Assembly: GCA_963707345.1 (NCBI GenBank)
Contig: CAVPPE010000003.1
Span: 512,072-576,071, forward strand
DNA length: 64,000 bases
DNA from: an uncultured Chloroflexia bacterium
Lineage (GTDB): Bacteria > Chloroflexota > Anaerolineae > Promineifilales > UBA4811
Direction: 5' to 3'
The notes under the pieces are model-generated. The model had not been told where the DNA came from, searched no databases, and saw nothing but the letters and a program-made list of their open reading frames with translations. Both the position numbers and the translations under genes were made by a program. Shown piece after piece: positions 47,217-57,100 of the stretch; the stretch's first letter is position 1, and every line of letters begins with the position of its first letter.

Positions 47217-47845
47217 TGTACGGACTGGGAATTCTCAAGGGCTTGAGCGTTACACTGAAGCATTTCGTCAACACCTATCTGGATGACTTTAAATACGGGT
47301 TTCTGTGGCTGGGGAACAAACGGTACACGCCAGAGGTGCTTCCCATCCGGCAGAGCGCCCAGGCTCGTGGGGTGTTTACCGTGCAATACCCGGACGAGGT
47401 GTTGCCGCCCCAGGAGCGATTCCGTTTTGTCCCTTTCCTGGTGTTCGAAGGGACCGCGGAAAACCCGGAGCATCGCTGCACCGCTTGCGGTATCTGCTCC
47501 AAGGCGTGCCCCCCACAGTGTATCTGGATTGTGCGGGCGACCGACCCTGAATCCGGCAAGCCGCTCAAGCAGCCGGCCGAGTTTTACATCGACATTGACA
47601 TCTGCATGAACTGCGGCTCCTGCGCGGAATACTGCCCGTTCGATGCCATCAAGATGGACCACGATTTTGAACTGGCGGATTACGACCGGACGGTCTCGCA
47701 TATCCATGACATCAAGCGACTGAGCAAGCCGGTAGAATATTACGCCAAGATTCGGCCGACTTACTATGCGGCCGAAGTACAGGCCAGGGCTGAACTGGAA
47801 GCCAAAAAGGCGGCCGCCGCCAAGGCCAAGGCCGCCAAAGAGTAA
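47216..47845 (+). CDS. nuoI: NADH-quinone oxidoreductase subunit I (2x[4Fe-4S])
   Basis: CTACGICSKACP and CMNCGSCAEYCP. The ATG overlaps the last base of the nuoCD stop. Confidence 0.9.
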   Translation: MYGLGILKGLSVTLKHFVNTYLDDFKYGFLWLGNKRYTPEVLPIRQSAQARGVFTVQYPDEVLPPQERFRFVPFLVFEGTAENPEHRCTACGICSKACPPQCIWIVRATDPESGKPLKQPAEFYIDIDICMNCGSCAEYCPFDAIKMDHDFELADYDRTVSHIHDIKRLSKPVEYYAKIRPTYYAAEVQARAELEAKKAAAAKAKAAKE

Positions 47846-47962
47846 ACCCAAGAGCCTCGGCGGCCGAGCGCCGTTCCGAGTAGCTTAGATCTGAACGCGG
47901 GGCCGCCCTCGAGGTAAGGAGGGCGGCCGTTGCGTTATCAAGAGGTTTGGAAAGGATAGATA

Positions 47963-48997
47963 GTGAAAGATAGAATTGACCGAGAGCAGGTTTTGCGTGC
48001 TCTTGGCACGGTCATGGAGCCAGAACTGCACCGAGATCTGGTTTCGTTGAACATGATTGACAACCTGGAGGTGGACGGCGGCCGGGTTCGCTTTACCATC
48101 ATGCTCACCACTCCCGCCTGCCCCCTGAAGGGCAAAATCGAGGGAGACGCGCGTCAGGCAGTCATGCGCCTGACAGGCGTGGAAGAGGTAGAGATCAAGA
48201 TGGATTCCCGGGTGACGACCGACCGCCGGATTATGGGCAAGCTTTCCATCCCGGTGCGCAACACCATTGCCGTTTCCAGCGGCAAGGGTGGGGTAGGAAA
48301 ATCCACCGTGGCCGTTAATTTGGCTGTGGCCCTGGCACAGACCGGCGCGCGGGTGGGCTTGCTGGATGCCGATATCCTGGGGCCCAACATTCCCATGATG
48401 ATGGGGGTGACTGAACTGCCCGCACCGGCCGAGGACAAACTTACCCCGGCCGAAGCCATGGGTGTCCAGTTGATGTCGATGGGGTTCCTGGTCCCGGCCG
48501 ATGAGCCGTTGGTCTGGCGCGGCCCCATGCTGCACAGCGCCATCCGGCAGCTGTTTTCCGATGTGGCCTGGAGCGAGCTGGACTATATGGTCATCGATTT
48601 GCCTCCAGGCACGGGCGACGCGCAACTTTCGCTGGCGCAGTCGGTCCCGCTCACCGGCGTGGTAATCGTCACCCAGCCGCAAAACGTGGCGCTCAGTGAT
48701 GCCCGCAAAGGGCTGGCCATGTTTGCCAGGCTGGAAGTGCCGGTGTTGGGTGTGATCGAGAACATGAGTGGCGAGTTCTTTGGGCAGGGCGGCGGCCGCC
48801 AGTTGGCGGACGAGTTTGGTGTGCCGTTGTTGGGGCAGGTTCCGCTGGACTCGCAGGTGCGGGTTGGCGGTGATGCGGGCACCCCGACCGTGGTTTCTGC
48901 GCCGGATTCGCCGGCCGGCCGCGCTTTCCGCGAAATTGCCAATCAGGTGGCGGCGCGCATCAGCGTGCTGGCTTTTGATGGAAGCCGGCCGGGTTAG
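47963..48997 (+). CDS. apbC: Mrp/ApbC/NBP35-family P-loop ATPase with N-terminal DUF59 domain, lacking the CxxC cluster-binding motif
   Basis: DUF59 ([15 protein letters not shown]...TTPACPLKG), deviant Walker [12 protein letters not shown] and [21 protein letters not shown] appears where family members carry ENMSxxxCxxCG. Confidence 0.88.
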   Translation: MKDRIDREQVLRALGTVMEPELHRDLVSLNMIDNLEVDGGRVRFTIMLTTPACPLKGKIEGDARQAVMRLTGVEEVEIKMDSRVTTDRRIMGKLSIPVRNTIAVSSGKGGVGKSTVAVNLAVALAQTGARVGLLDADILGPNIPMMMGVTELPAPAEDKLTPAEAMGVQLMSMGFLVPADEPLVWRGPMLHSAIRQLFSDVAWSELDYMVIDLPPGTGDAQLSLAQSVPLTGVVIVTQPQNVALSDARKGLAMFARLEVPVLGVIENMSGEFFGQGGGRQLADEFGVPLLGQVPLDSQVRVGGDAGTPTVVSAPDSPAGRAFREIANQVAARISVLAFDGSRPG

Positions 48998-49030
48998 CGC
49001 TGTGCTGTATGCCATCTGCTGTGTGATAGC

Positions 49031-50122
49031 ATGCCATCGCTAATCGTTGGGGTCCAATTTGGCCCCGTGGGCAAGCAATATCACTTTGACGCGCAGGGCA
49101 TAGCCGACCTGCAGCCGGGTGATCGCGTGGTGGTCCGGACCAGCCGGGGCAAGCAATTGGGTATCATCACCGGATACGTGCCCAAGGAGCAGCTTGATAG
49201 TCGCTCCTACAAACCCATTGAGCGCCGTGCCTCTCCGCAGGACTTGGTTCAGCAGCAACAATGGGATGCCAAGGCGCATAGCGCTCTGGTAGCTTGTGTG
49301 GACAAGGCGCAAGAGTTGGGACTCACGGACTACAAGTTCGTCCGAGCAGAGTACAACTTTGACGGCTCGCAGGTCACCATCTTTTACACCACGGAGCGCA
49401 AGCGGTCCGACGTCCGAGCGCTGCACCGGGAATTGCGGCGCGCTTTGCGGACACAGGTCGATCTGTTCCAGGTTGGCCCGCGCGACCTGGCGAAAATGCT
49501 GGATGGATTGGGTGCCTGTGGGGAACAGCGCTGCTGTGCCCGCTTTCTCACCAAGTTCAACTCGGTGTCCATTCGCATGGCCAAGGTGCAGAACATTTCC
49601 CTCACGCCCAGTGAGATCACAGGGGTTTGCGGCCGGTTGCGCTGCTGCTTGGCCTACGAGTTCGACCAATATTCGGAAGCGGCCGAGGGGTTGCCCCGCC
49701 GTGGCAAAGATGTGGTTACTCCTTATGGCAGGGGCCGGGTGGTGGAGGTTCGCACCCTGGCCGGGGAGATAGTGGTGGATGTAGAGGGGGCGCGCCATAC
49801 CGTGCTGCGGGAAGATATCGGCAAAAAAGAATTCACTACCCCGCCGACCAAGGATGTCCCCTGGCCATCCTGGCTGCCTGAAAAGGCCGGGCAAGACGAG
49901 CCTGAGGAAGCAGAGCGGCCAGCCAGGGAGCAACCCCGCGCCAAGCCGAAACAGGACAGGAAAAGGGACCGGCGCGCTCCGCGCTCGCAGCAGCCCCCGG
50001 GCAAGGGCACAGATGACCGGCCGGCTGCACCCAAGGAGCCCAAGCCGCAGAAAAGTGGCAGGAAGCCATCCCGGCGCCGACGGCGTTCCAACCCACGCGG
50101 CCGGCAGGATGCACAGGAATGA
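49031..50122 (+). CDS. PSP1-domain protein (YaaT/RicT-like) with Lys/Arg/Pro-rich C-terminal tail
   Basis: IVGVQFGPVGKQYHFDAQGIADLQPGDRVVVRTSRGKQLGIITG and CGRLRCCLAYEF are PSP1 hallmarks. The last ~90 aa are low-complexity and basic. Confidence 0.8.
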   Translation: MPSLIVGVQFGPVGKQYHFDAQGIADLQPGDRVVVRTSRGKQLGIITGYVPKEQLDSRSYKPIERRASPQDLVQQQQWDAKAHSALVACVDKAQELGLTDYKFVRAEYNFDGSQVTIFYTTERKRSDVRALHRELRRALRTQVDLFQVGPRDLAKMLDGLGACGEQRCCARFLTKFNSVSIRMAKVQNISLTPSEITGVCGRLRCCLAYEFDQYSEAAEGLPRRGKDVVTPYGRGRVVEVRTLAGEIVVDVEGARHTVLREDIGKKEFTTPPTKDVPWPSWLPEKAGQDEPEEAERPAREQPRAKPKQDRKRDRRAPRSQQPPGKGTDDRPAAPKEPKPQKSGRKPSRRRRRSNPRGRQDAQE

Positions 50123-50814
50123 CCGAATCGTTGCGCCAAGTTCTGGTGATGATGGCGCACCCGGATGACCCCGACTTTTTCTGTGGCGGGACGCTGGCGC
50201 GCTGGGTCCAGGAGGGGCTGGAGGTCCGTTATCTGCTGGCAACCAGCGGGGACAAAGGGGGCAACGATAACTCGCTTTCTGTCGAACAGTTGATAGCCCG
50301 GCGGGAGGCCGAACAGATGGCGGCCGCCAGCGTGATTGGTGCCAGGGAGGTGGTCTTTATGCGGCACCGTGATGGTGCCTTGGCGCCCGATCTGGCATTG
50401 CGCCGCCAGTTGGCGCGCGCGATCCGCCTTTTCCGGCCGGACATCATTGTCACCAATGACCCTCAGCGCCAGGCGATGGGCGACCGGCGGATTAACCACT
50501 CGGACCATCGGGCTATCGGTGAAGCGGTGCTGGCGGCCGTCTTTCCAGCGGCTGGCAACGGCCGCTACTTTCCCGAACTGCAGCAAGTGGAGGGGCTAGC
50601 GCCGCACACCCCGGCCGAGGTCTGGCTGACGGGAACCGAACAGCCCAACCATGGTGTTGACATAACGGATTTTATCGAGCAGAAGATAGCGGCCATCCGG
50701 CAGCACCGCAGCCAGCTGACTGACCCCGAGGCTCAAATGAGTCGGGTGCGAGGGCGAGCCCTGCAGGACGACGGCCGGTACGCCGAACAGTATAAGCGAA
50801 TTATCTTGCGATGA
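50119..50814 (+). CDS. PIG-L/LmbE-family deacetylase
   Basis: VLVMMAHPDDPDFFCGGTLARW and the HSDHRAIGEA motif. 4-nt overlap with the upstream gene. Confidence 0.85.
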   Translation: MTESLRQVLVMMAHPDDPDFFCGGTLARWVQEGLEVRYLLATSGDKGGNDNSLSVEQLIARREAEQMAAASVIGAREVVFMRHRDGALAPDLALRRQLARAIRLFRPDIIVTNDPQRQAMGDRRINHSDHRAIGEAVLAAVFPAAGNGRYFPELQQVEGLAPHTPAEVWLTGTEQPNHGVDITDFIEQKIAAIRQHRSQLTDPEAQMSRVRGRALQDDGRYAEQYKRIILR

Positions 50815-52007
50815 ACGAATTGGGAGTCGACTGGCGGGCAGAAGCGGATGGCCTGCGCGATCGGTTGGTTGTTTGGCGACGCGATTTCCACATGCATCCC
50901 GAGATTGGGTTTCAGGAGTATCGCACGGCCGGGGTGGTGGCGGCCGAACTGGAGCGGCTGGGTTACGTGGTCCATTCCGGCGTGGCCCAAACCGGCGTGG
51001 TGGGCCTGCTGGCACCCGGACGGCCTGGCCCCACGGTGCTGCTCCGCTTTGATATGGATTGCCTCCCCCTGCAAGAGGAAAACGACGTCCCGTACCGTTC
51101 CCAGAACGACGGGCTGATGCATGCCTGCGGCCATGATGGGCACGTTTCCATTGGCCTGGGCGTGGCGACCTTGCTGGCTCGCCATCGTGATCAATTGAGC
51201 GGGGCGGTCAAACTGATGTTCCAGCCCGGCGAGGAAGGGATGAACGGCGCGGCCGCGATGGTTGAGGCGGGCGTGCTGGATCAGTATGGCCCCCGGCCGG
51301 ACGTCGCCCTGGCGGCGCACCTGTGGAACGATCTGCCTTTGGGGCAGGTTGGCGCAGCCGCTGGGCCGGTGATGGCGGCGGCCGAGGCCTGGGAGTGCCA
51401 GATCAAGGGCAAGGGCGGGCACGGCGCCGCCCCCCACCAGACGGCCGATCCGGTGGTGGCAGCCGCTCAACTGGTCCTGGCCTGGCAAACTGTGGTCAGC
51501 CGCAATGTCAATCCGCAGGAGACGGCCGTGCTCAGCGTGGGCGCCATCCATGCGGGCGAAGCTTTTAACATCATTCCCCACTCGGCGACGCTGAGGGGCA
51601 CCATTCGCACTTTTTCTCCCAAGGTTCGGGAGACCGTGCTGCGCCGCTTTGAAGAGATTGCCCAGCACGTGTGCGCGGCGCATCACTGCCAGGCGGAGAT
51701 CAAGCTGATGCCCCTGACCCCGGCCGTGGTCAATCATGCAGATGTGACCGCCACGGTTCGCCAGGTGGCGGCCGAACTGGTCGGTGCGGATAATGTGCTC
51801 GACGTCCGCACGATGGGCTCCGAGGACATGGCCTTTGTCAACGCCCAGGTGCCGGGCTGCTATCTTTTTGTGGGGTCGCGTAACCAGTCGGCCGGGTTGG
51901 TGCATCCGCACCACAGCCCAAACTTTGATTTTGATGAAGATGCCTTGCCGCTGGCGGTGGGGCTGTTGACGGTCGCGGCCGCACGGTACCTGACAGGTCA
52001 GGCATGA
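50811..52007 (+). CDS. M20D-family amidohydrolase (N-acyl-amino acid amidohydrolase/hippuricase-like)
   Basis: [46 protein letters not shown]. Confidence 0.88.
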   Translation: MNELGVDWRAEADGLRDRLVVWRRDFHMHPEIGFQEYRTAGVVAAELERLGYVVHSGVAQTGVVGLLAPGRPGPTVLLRFDMDCLPLQEENDVPYRSQNDGLMHACGHDGHVSIGLGVATLLARHRDQLSGAVKLMFQPGEEGMNGAAAMVEAGVLDQYGPRPDVALAAHLWNDLPLGQVGAAAGPVMAAAEAWECQIKGKGGHGAAPHQTADPVVAAAQLVLAWQTVVSRNVNPQETAVLSVGAIHAGEAFNIIPHSATLRGTIRTFSPKVRETVLRRFEEIAQHVCAAHHCQAEIKLMPLTPAVVNHADVTATVRQVAAELVGADNVLDVRTMGSEDMAFVNAQVPGCYLFVGSRNQSAGLVHPHHSPNFDFDEDALPLAVGLLTVAAARYLTGQA

Positions 52008-53473
52008 ACCAGCAGGCAACCCCGGCCGTGGTCGTCATCTTTGGCGCGTCTGGCGACCTGGCACAGCGCAAGCTGGTGCCGGCACTCCACAGCCTGAACT
52101 GCGAGAACCTGCTGCCGCCCACCACCCAGTTGATCGGCGTTGCCCGCAGCCCCCTGTCGGACCAGGCTTTCCGCGACCATCTTTATCAGGGGGTGGAGGC
52201 CTACTCGCGGCTCAAACCCGGCCTCTGCCAGCTTTGGGCTGGCTTTGCCGGCCGGCTGTCCTACCTGGCCGGGGGCTATGATGACCCAACTACCTATCAG
52301 CGGCTGGCGGAACGGCTGGCTCAACTGGACGCCACGGCCGGGACCAATGGCAATCACCTCTTTTACCTGGCTACCCCGCCGTCGCTGTATCCGGTCATCA
52401 TCCGTCAACTGGGCCAGGCCGGTCTGCATCGGGGCCAAACCGGCTGGAGCCGGATTATCATCGAAAAGCCATTTGGGCATGGCCAGGAGAGCGCCCGGGC
52501 GCTCAACCGGGAGGTGCACGCGGTCTTTCAGGAGGATCAGGTTTACCGCATTGACCATTACCTGGGCAAGGAGACGGTGCAAAACATCCTCGCCTTTCGC
52601 TTTGCCAACGCCATCTTTGAACCCCTGTGGAACCGCAACTATGTGGACCACGTGCAGATCACGGTTGCGGAACAGGTCGGTGTGGGCCATCGGGCTGGCT
52701 ATTACGACCGGGCTGGCGTGCTGCGCGACATGTTCCAGAACCATCTGCTCCAGTTGCTGGCACTGACCGCCATGGAGCCCCCGGCCGTCCTGAATGCCAA
52801 CGCGCTGCGCGATGAAAAGGTCAAGGTTCTGCGCTCGACGCGCGTGGCTGGGAGTGTGCGGGGGCAGTACGCGGGTTATCGCCGGGAAGAGGGAGTCGCG
52901 CCTGACTCGCAGACGCCCACCTTTGCGGCGCTGCAACTATATGTGGACAATTGGCGCTGGCGCAGCGTGCCTTTTTATCTGCGCTCCGGCAAGGCGCTTG
53001 CAGAAAAGACCACCGAGATCGCCATCCAGTTCAAGTGCGTGCCCCACCTGATGTTTCCTCTCCCGGCCGACGGCCGCATCACACCCAACCTGCTCTCATT
53101 ATGCCTCCAGCCGGATGAAGGGATTCACCTGCGCTTTGAGACCAAGGTCCCCGGTGCCGGCATGCAGACCCGCTCGGTGGACATGGAGTTCCACTACGCG
53201 GACGATTTTGGCGCGGCCGCGTTGCCGGACGCCTACGAGCGGTTGCTGCTGGACGCTGTCCAGGGCGACGCCGCCCTGTTTGCCCGCGCCGACGAGATTG
53301 AGCTGGCCTGGGGGCTGGTGGACCCGCTGCTGGCCGGCCGGGACCGGTCGGAGGCAGAGCCACTGGCTGTTTACCAGCCGGGTAGCTGGGGCCCGGCCGA
53401 GGCGGACGCCTTCTTGGCGGCCGATGGCCGTGCCTGGGTCAGCGGCTGCGGCGGCCACGATCCGGCCGGATGA
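52004..53473 (+). CDS. zwf: Glucose-6-phosphate 1-dehydrogenase
   Basis: [37 protein letters not shown]. Confidence 0.93.
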   Translation: MNQQATPAVVVIFGASGDLAQRKLVPALHSLNCENLLPPTTQLIGVARSPLSDQAFRDHLYQGVEAYSRLKPGLCQLWAGFAGRLSYLAGGYDDPTTYQRLAERLAQLDATAGTNGNHLFYLATPPSLYPVIIRQLGQAGLHRGQTGWSRIIIEKPFGHGQESARALNREVHAVFQEDQVYRIDHYLGKETVQNILAFRFANAIFEPLWNRNYVDHVQITVAEQVGVGHRAGYYDRAGVLRDMFQNHLLQLLALTAMEPPAVLNANALRDEKVKVLRSTRVAGSVRGQYAGYRREEGVAPDSQTPTFAALQLYVDNWRWRSVPFYLRSGKALAEKTTEIAIQFKCVPHLMFPLPADGRITPNLLSLCLQPDEGIHLRFETKVPGAGMQTRSVDMEFHYADDFGAAALPDAYERLLLDAVQGDAALFARADEIELAWGLVDPLLAGRDRSEAEPLAVYQPGSWGPAEADAFLAADGRAWVSGCGGHDPAG

Positions 53474-54192
53474 CTGAATACCGCGTCTTTCCGAATGCCA
53501 GTGCGGTTGCCGAGGCGGCGGCCAACCTCTTGGCGCAATTGGCTCAAGGTGCCGTGCGGGAGCGCGGCCGGTTTGCGGTCGCGCTGGCCGGGGGCAAAAC
53601 CCCTCGCGCGACGTACGCCCTGCTCGCCCGGCCGCCGTGGCGGGAGCAGATCCCCTGGCCGCAGGTGCACCTCTTTTGGGGGGATGAGCGCTGCGTCCCG
53701 CCGGATCATGACGCCAGCAACTACCGGCTGGCCCGGGAAGTGTTGCTGGATCACGTCTCGCTGCTGGCCGACCAGGTCCACCGCGTTCCGGGCGAACTGG
53801 AGCCGGAGGCGGCCGCGCAGGCCTATACCGACGAGCTGATGGTATTTTTTGGCGTGGATTGGCCCCAATTTGACCTGGTGCTGTTGGGGATGGGGGCCGA
53901 TGGGCACACCGCCTCCCTCTTTCCCAACTCGGCCGCCTTGCAGGTCCGTGACCGGCCGGTGGTGGCAGTGTCGGCCGACTACCAGGGGCGGCCGGCGGGG
54001 CGCGTGACGCTGACATTGCCGGCCATCAACGCGGCGCGGCAGGTGCTTTTTCTGGTGACCGGCGCGGCCAAAGCGGACGCCGTCAAAGCTACCCTGATAG
54101 AACAGGCCCCCCTCCCGGCCGCCATGGTTCGGCCGGAATCGGGGGGCCTGCTCTGGTTGTTGGACGCGGCCGCGGCCGGCCAGGTGGCCTAG
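53470..54192 (+). CDS. pgl: 6-phosphogluconolactonase
   Basis: [24 protein letters not shown] and [15 protein letters not shown]. 4-nt overlap with zwf. Confidence 0.9.
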   Translation: MTEYRVFPNASAVAEAAANLLAQLAQGAVRERGRFAVALAGGKTPRATYALLARPPWREQIPWPQVHLFWGDERCVPPDHDASNYRLAREVLLDHVSLLADQVHRVPGELEPEAAAQAYTDELMVFFGVDWPQFDLVLLGMGADGHTASLFPNSAALQVRDRPVVAVSADYQGRPAGRVTLTLPAINAARQVLFLVTGAAKADAVKATLIEQAPLPAAMVRPESGGLLWLLDAAAAGQVA

Positions 54193-57100
54193 CCGCCCAT
54201 CCGCGTCATAAAGTCCTGCACGTCCTTCTTGAACGTGCGCAATTCCTTCAGTTCCGTCTCCAGCTTGGCCACCTTGGGGGGGGCCGCTTCCAGCGTGGCC
54301 TGCTTTTGCTCCAGCGTCTGCAACTGCCCGCGCAAGGCAACCAATTCCTGATCCTTCTGCGCCAGCGTTGTTTTCATCTCCTCCAGCGATGTGCCGAGCG
54401 CTTCGACCTTGGCCGCAGCTGCCTGCTGTGCCTCGGTCTCCACGCGCACCACCTCGGCCGATTTGGGCGCATCCTCGGCCCGCACAAAGTAGCGGACCAC
54501 ACCATCCTGTTCGTAAAGCACCAGCCGGTCGCCGGCTGCAAAGGTTGCCGGCATCCGGCCGACCGCCTGCAAGTTCTTGAGCCCCAACGACGGATCGTAT
54601 TTCTCCACCCGCTCGATGGTCGCGTTGGCATCCTCGGCGTTTTCCAGCGCCTTTTCCAGCGGTTGATCCACCACCTCGTTCTTTTGCGCCTCTGCTTTTT
54701 CCTGCGGCCGGAAGAGGAGCTGGCCGACCTGACCGCCTAGCCAATCGCCGGTCACGTTCTGCGCCAGCTTGACCGTACTCACAGTCTCGGCCAACTTGCG
54801 TTGCAGCAAGCCGCTCTGTACGGCAGCCAGTCCAACGTTCAACTGGGTCGCCTTGGGCATGGCGGCCGCTTGAGCTTGCGTCCGCTTTTGCACAAAACCG
54901 GCCAGGAGATTGGGGAAGACCATGCAGCAGACCTGCTCCACTGCCCAATCCACAAGCGGGGTGATGGGGAGGAACGAGAGCCAGTAGCCCATGGTGGGGA
55001 AGCTTTTGACGTACTGGCGCTGGCTAAAGTTGCACACCTTGAACACTTCTTCGTCGCGCACCTGCACGGCCGCCAGATAAACCTCGTCTTCCTCACCGCA
55101 TTCGGGGCAGTTGACCAGCAGGTGATGGCAGAAGCAGTCCTTCAGGTACTGCACCAAACCGCCGATCAGCGCCACAAAGGCGGCAAACACCTTGGCCCGA
55201 TAGTCCACCAGCGCGTCGTAAAAGGCCTGGTTGCCGGGGATGGGATCGGCCGTGGCAGTCGGTTGCAGGTAGTCGGCCGAGACGACCGTGATGGTCCGGC
55301 TTACCCCGTTGAGGAAGTAGACCCGCTCGCCGTTCGGGTCCACGGCTATACCCATGGGGCCAATCTGCAGCGGCAGGACAAAGGGCGGCAGGTCGCCGGG
55401 CAGCACCGGGACCACCGTGTCGTTGGCCACCTCCACCAGCCCGGCCAGGAACCAGTCAGCGGCCGTGGCGATGAGGTACTCGCTGCCCGGCACGTGCGCC
55501 AGGCGAATCTGGGTGTCCGGCATATCCAATGTGGCCGACGGGTTTGCCTGGTGCCAAGGGAAGATGCACAACTTGCGGTCTTCGCTGCCCGCAACGCTGG
55601 CTACGGCGTACAGCTTGATGGCGTCGCCAAAGGGAACCACGGCGATGTCATCCCGGCCGGTGGTCTGTGCGCCCAGCGATGGCAACTGGTAGGTAAAGGT
55701 GACCGTAAAGTTGCTCCAATCGATCTCCAGCACCTGGTCAAACTCGACGCCGGCCGGGGCGTTTGCGCTGGCGGCCGAGGCAAAAGCCCGCTGCACATCA
55801 TCTGCAAGGACCAGGTGGCCGGCCGCTTTGAAGGGAGTCACCAGTTTGATCGTCGGCTGGCTGTCGTTTAGCTTGCTGATGAGAAACAGCCCGCTTTCCT
55901 CTCCCCGACCCACTGCCAGTAGCCGGTCTTTGAATTTACCCGGCCGGGCCAGCGTTTTGAGCACCACGTCACACAGGATGGTGACCGGTCGCCATCTGTA
56001 CTCGCCGTCCTGGATTTCGGCGGCCGCAAAGACCGTGTTCTCGTTGTTCACGCTGCCGATGGCGTACAATTGCTCCCCGTCGGCCGAGAAAGCAACATCC
56101 TGCACCACCAGCCCTTCGCCGCCGGGCATCTCCACGATCTTGACCAGCTCTTCCTTGCGCAGGTCAAAAACGTGAATCTCGTCATCATAGCCCACCGCGT
56201 AGCCGGCCGCGCCACTGGGATGGATTCGCAAACGGGTGTGCGGGCTGAGGCCAAAGATGGTGGACATCTCGATGTCTTCAAAGGGATAGTCCGGGAACTG
56301 GGGCGCGTCGTCAAACATCGCGCAAAAGGTTTTGCTCTGCAGCACATCGCGGAGTTGGAAGTAGAGCCGCCGCAGGATGTCATCTTCCTTGTCGGAGAGG
56401 TAAACGTGCTTGCCAAAGAGCGGATACGGGAACTGCACCAGCAGGTTGACCAGCGTGATGAGCTGTTTCCAGCGGGCGCTGACCAACCCGCCTTCGTCGT
56501 CATCGGCGGCCGCGCCGGTCAGCAACTCGATCAACTCCTTGAATGGTTCGGCAATACAGTCGCGGTAAAAGTCCGCCAGGATACTCCCCTTGAGCCACTG
56601 TTCCAGCGGGTTTTTGTTGGGAGTGTAGGGGCGCACGTCTACCTGCGGCTGGCCGTTGGCGTCCAGTTCGATGACCAGGGAGAATTCGCCGTAGCGCTTG
56701 CCATCCTTTTCCTTCAGCAAGGGCTGGTTGGGATGGGCGGCCTCCCAGGCTTGCACCAATTCCAGCACCGGGACCGACAGGTTCTCGTCCAGCACCAGGT
56801 CCCGCCCTTCGCAATCCAGCGCGTAGCCCGGCCGCACGATCACGGTCACCCGATCGCTCACCACCTCCGGGTCATCCTCGCACTCTACCTGCAGGCCGCA
56901 AACGACCCCCCAGCCGTGCAGATGTTTGTTGTGATGGCTCAGGTCGCGCAGGGCGCACAGTTGGTCCAGCGCCTCCTGTACGGTGGTCGCGTTGACCGCG
57001 TCACAATTGCTGTCGTCGTAGCACACATCCTCCGCGCAAATTTTGGTGAGCGGCGGAAAGTGCGGCCGGCAATCCTCGACGGTGGAATCGGCCCATTCCT

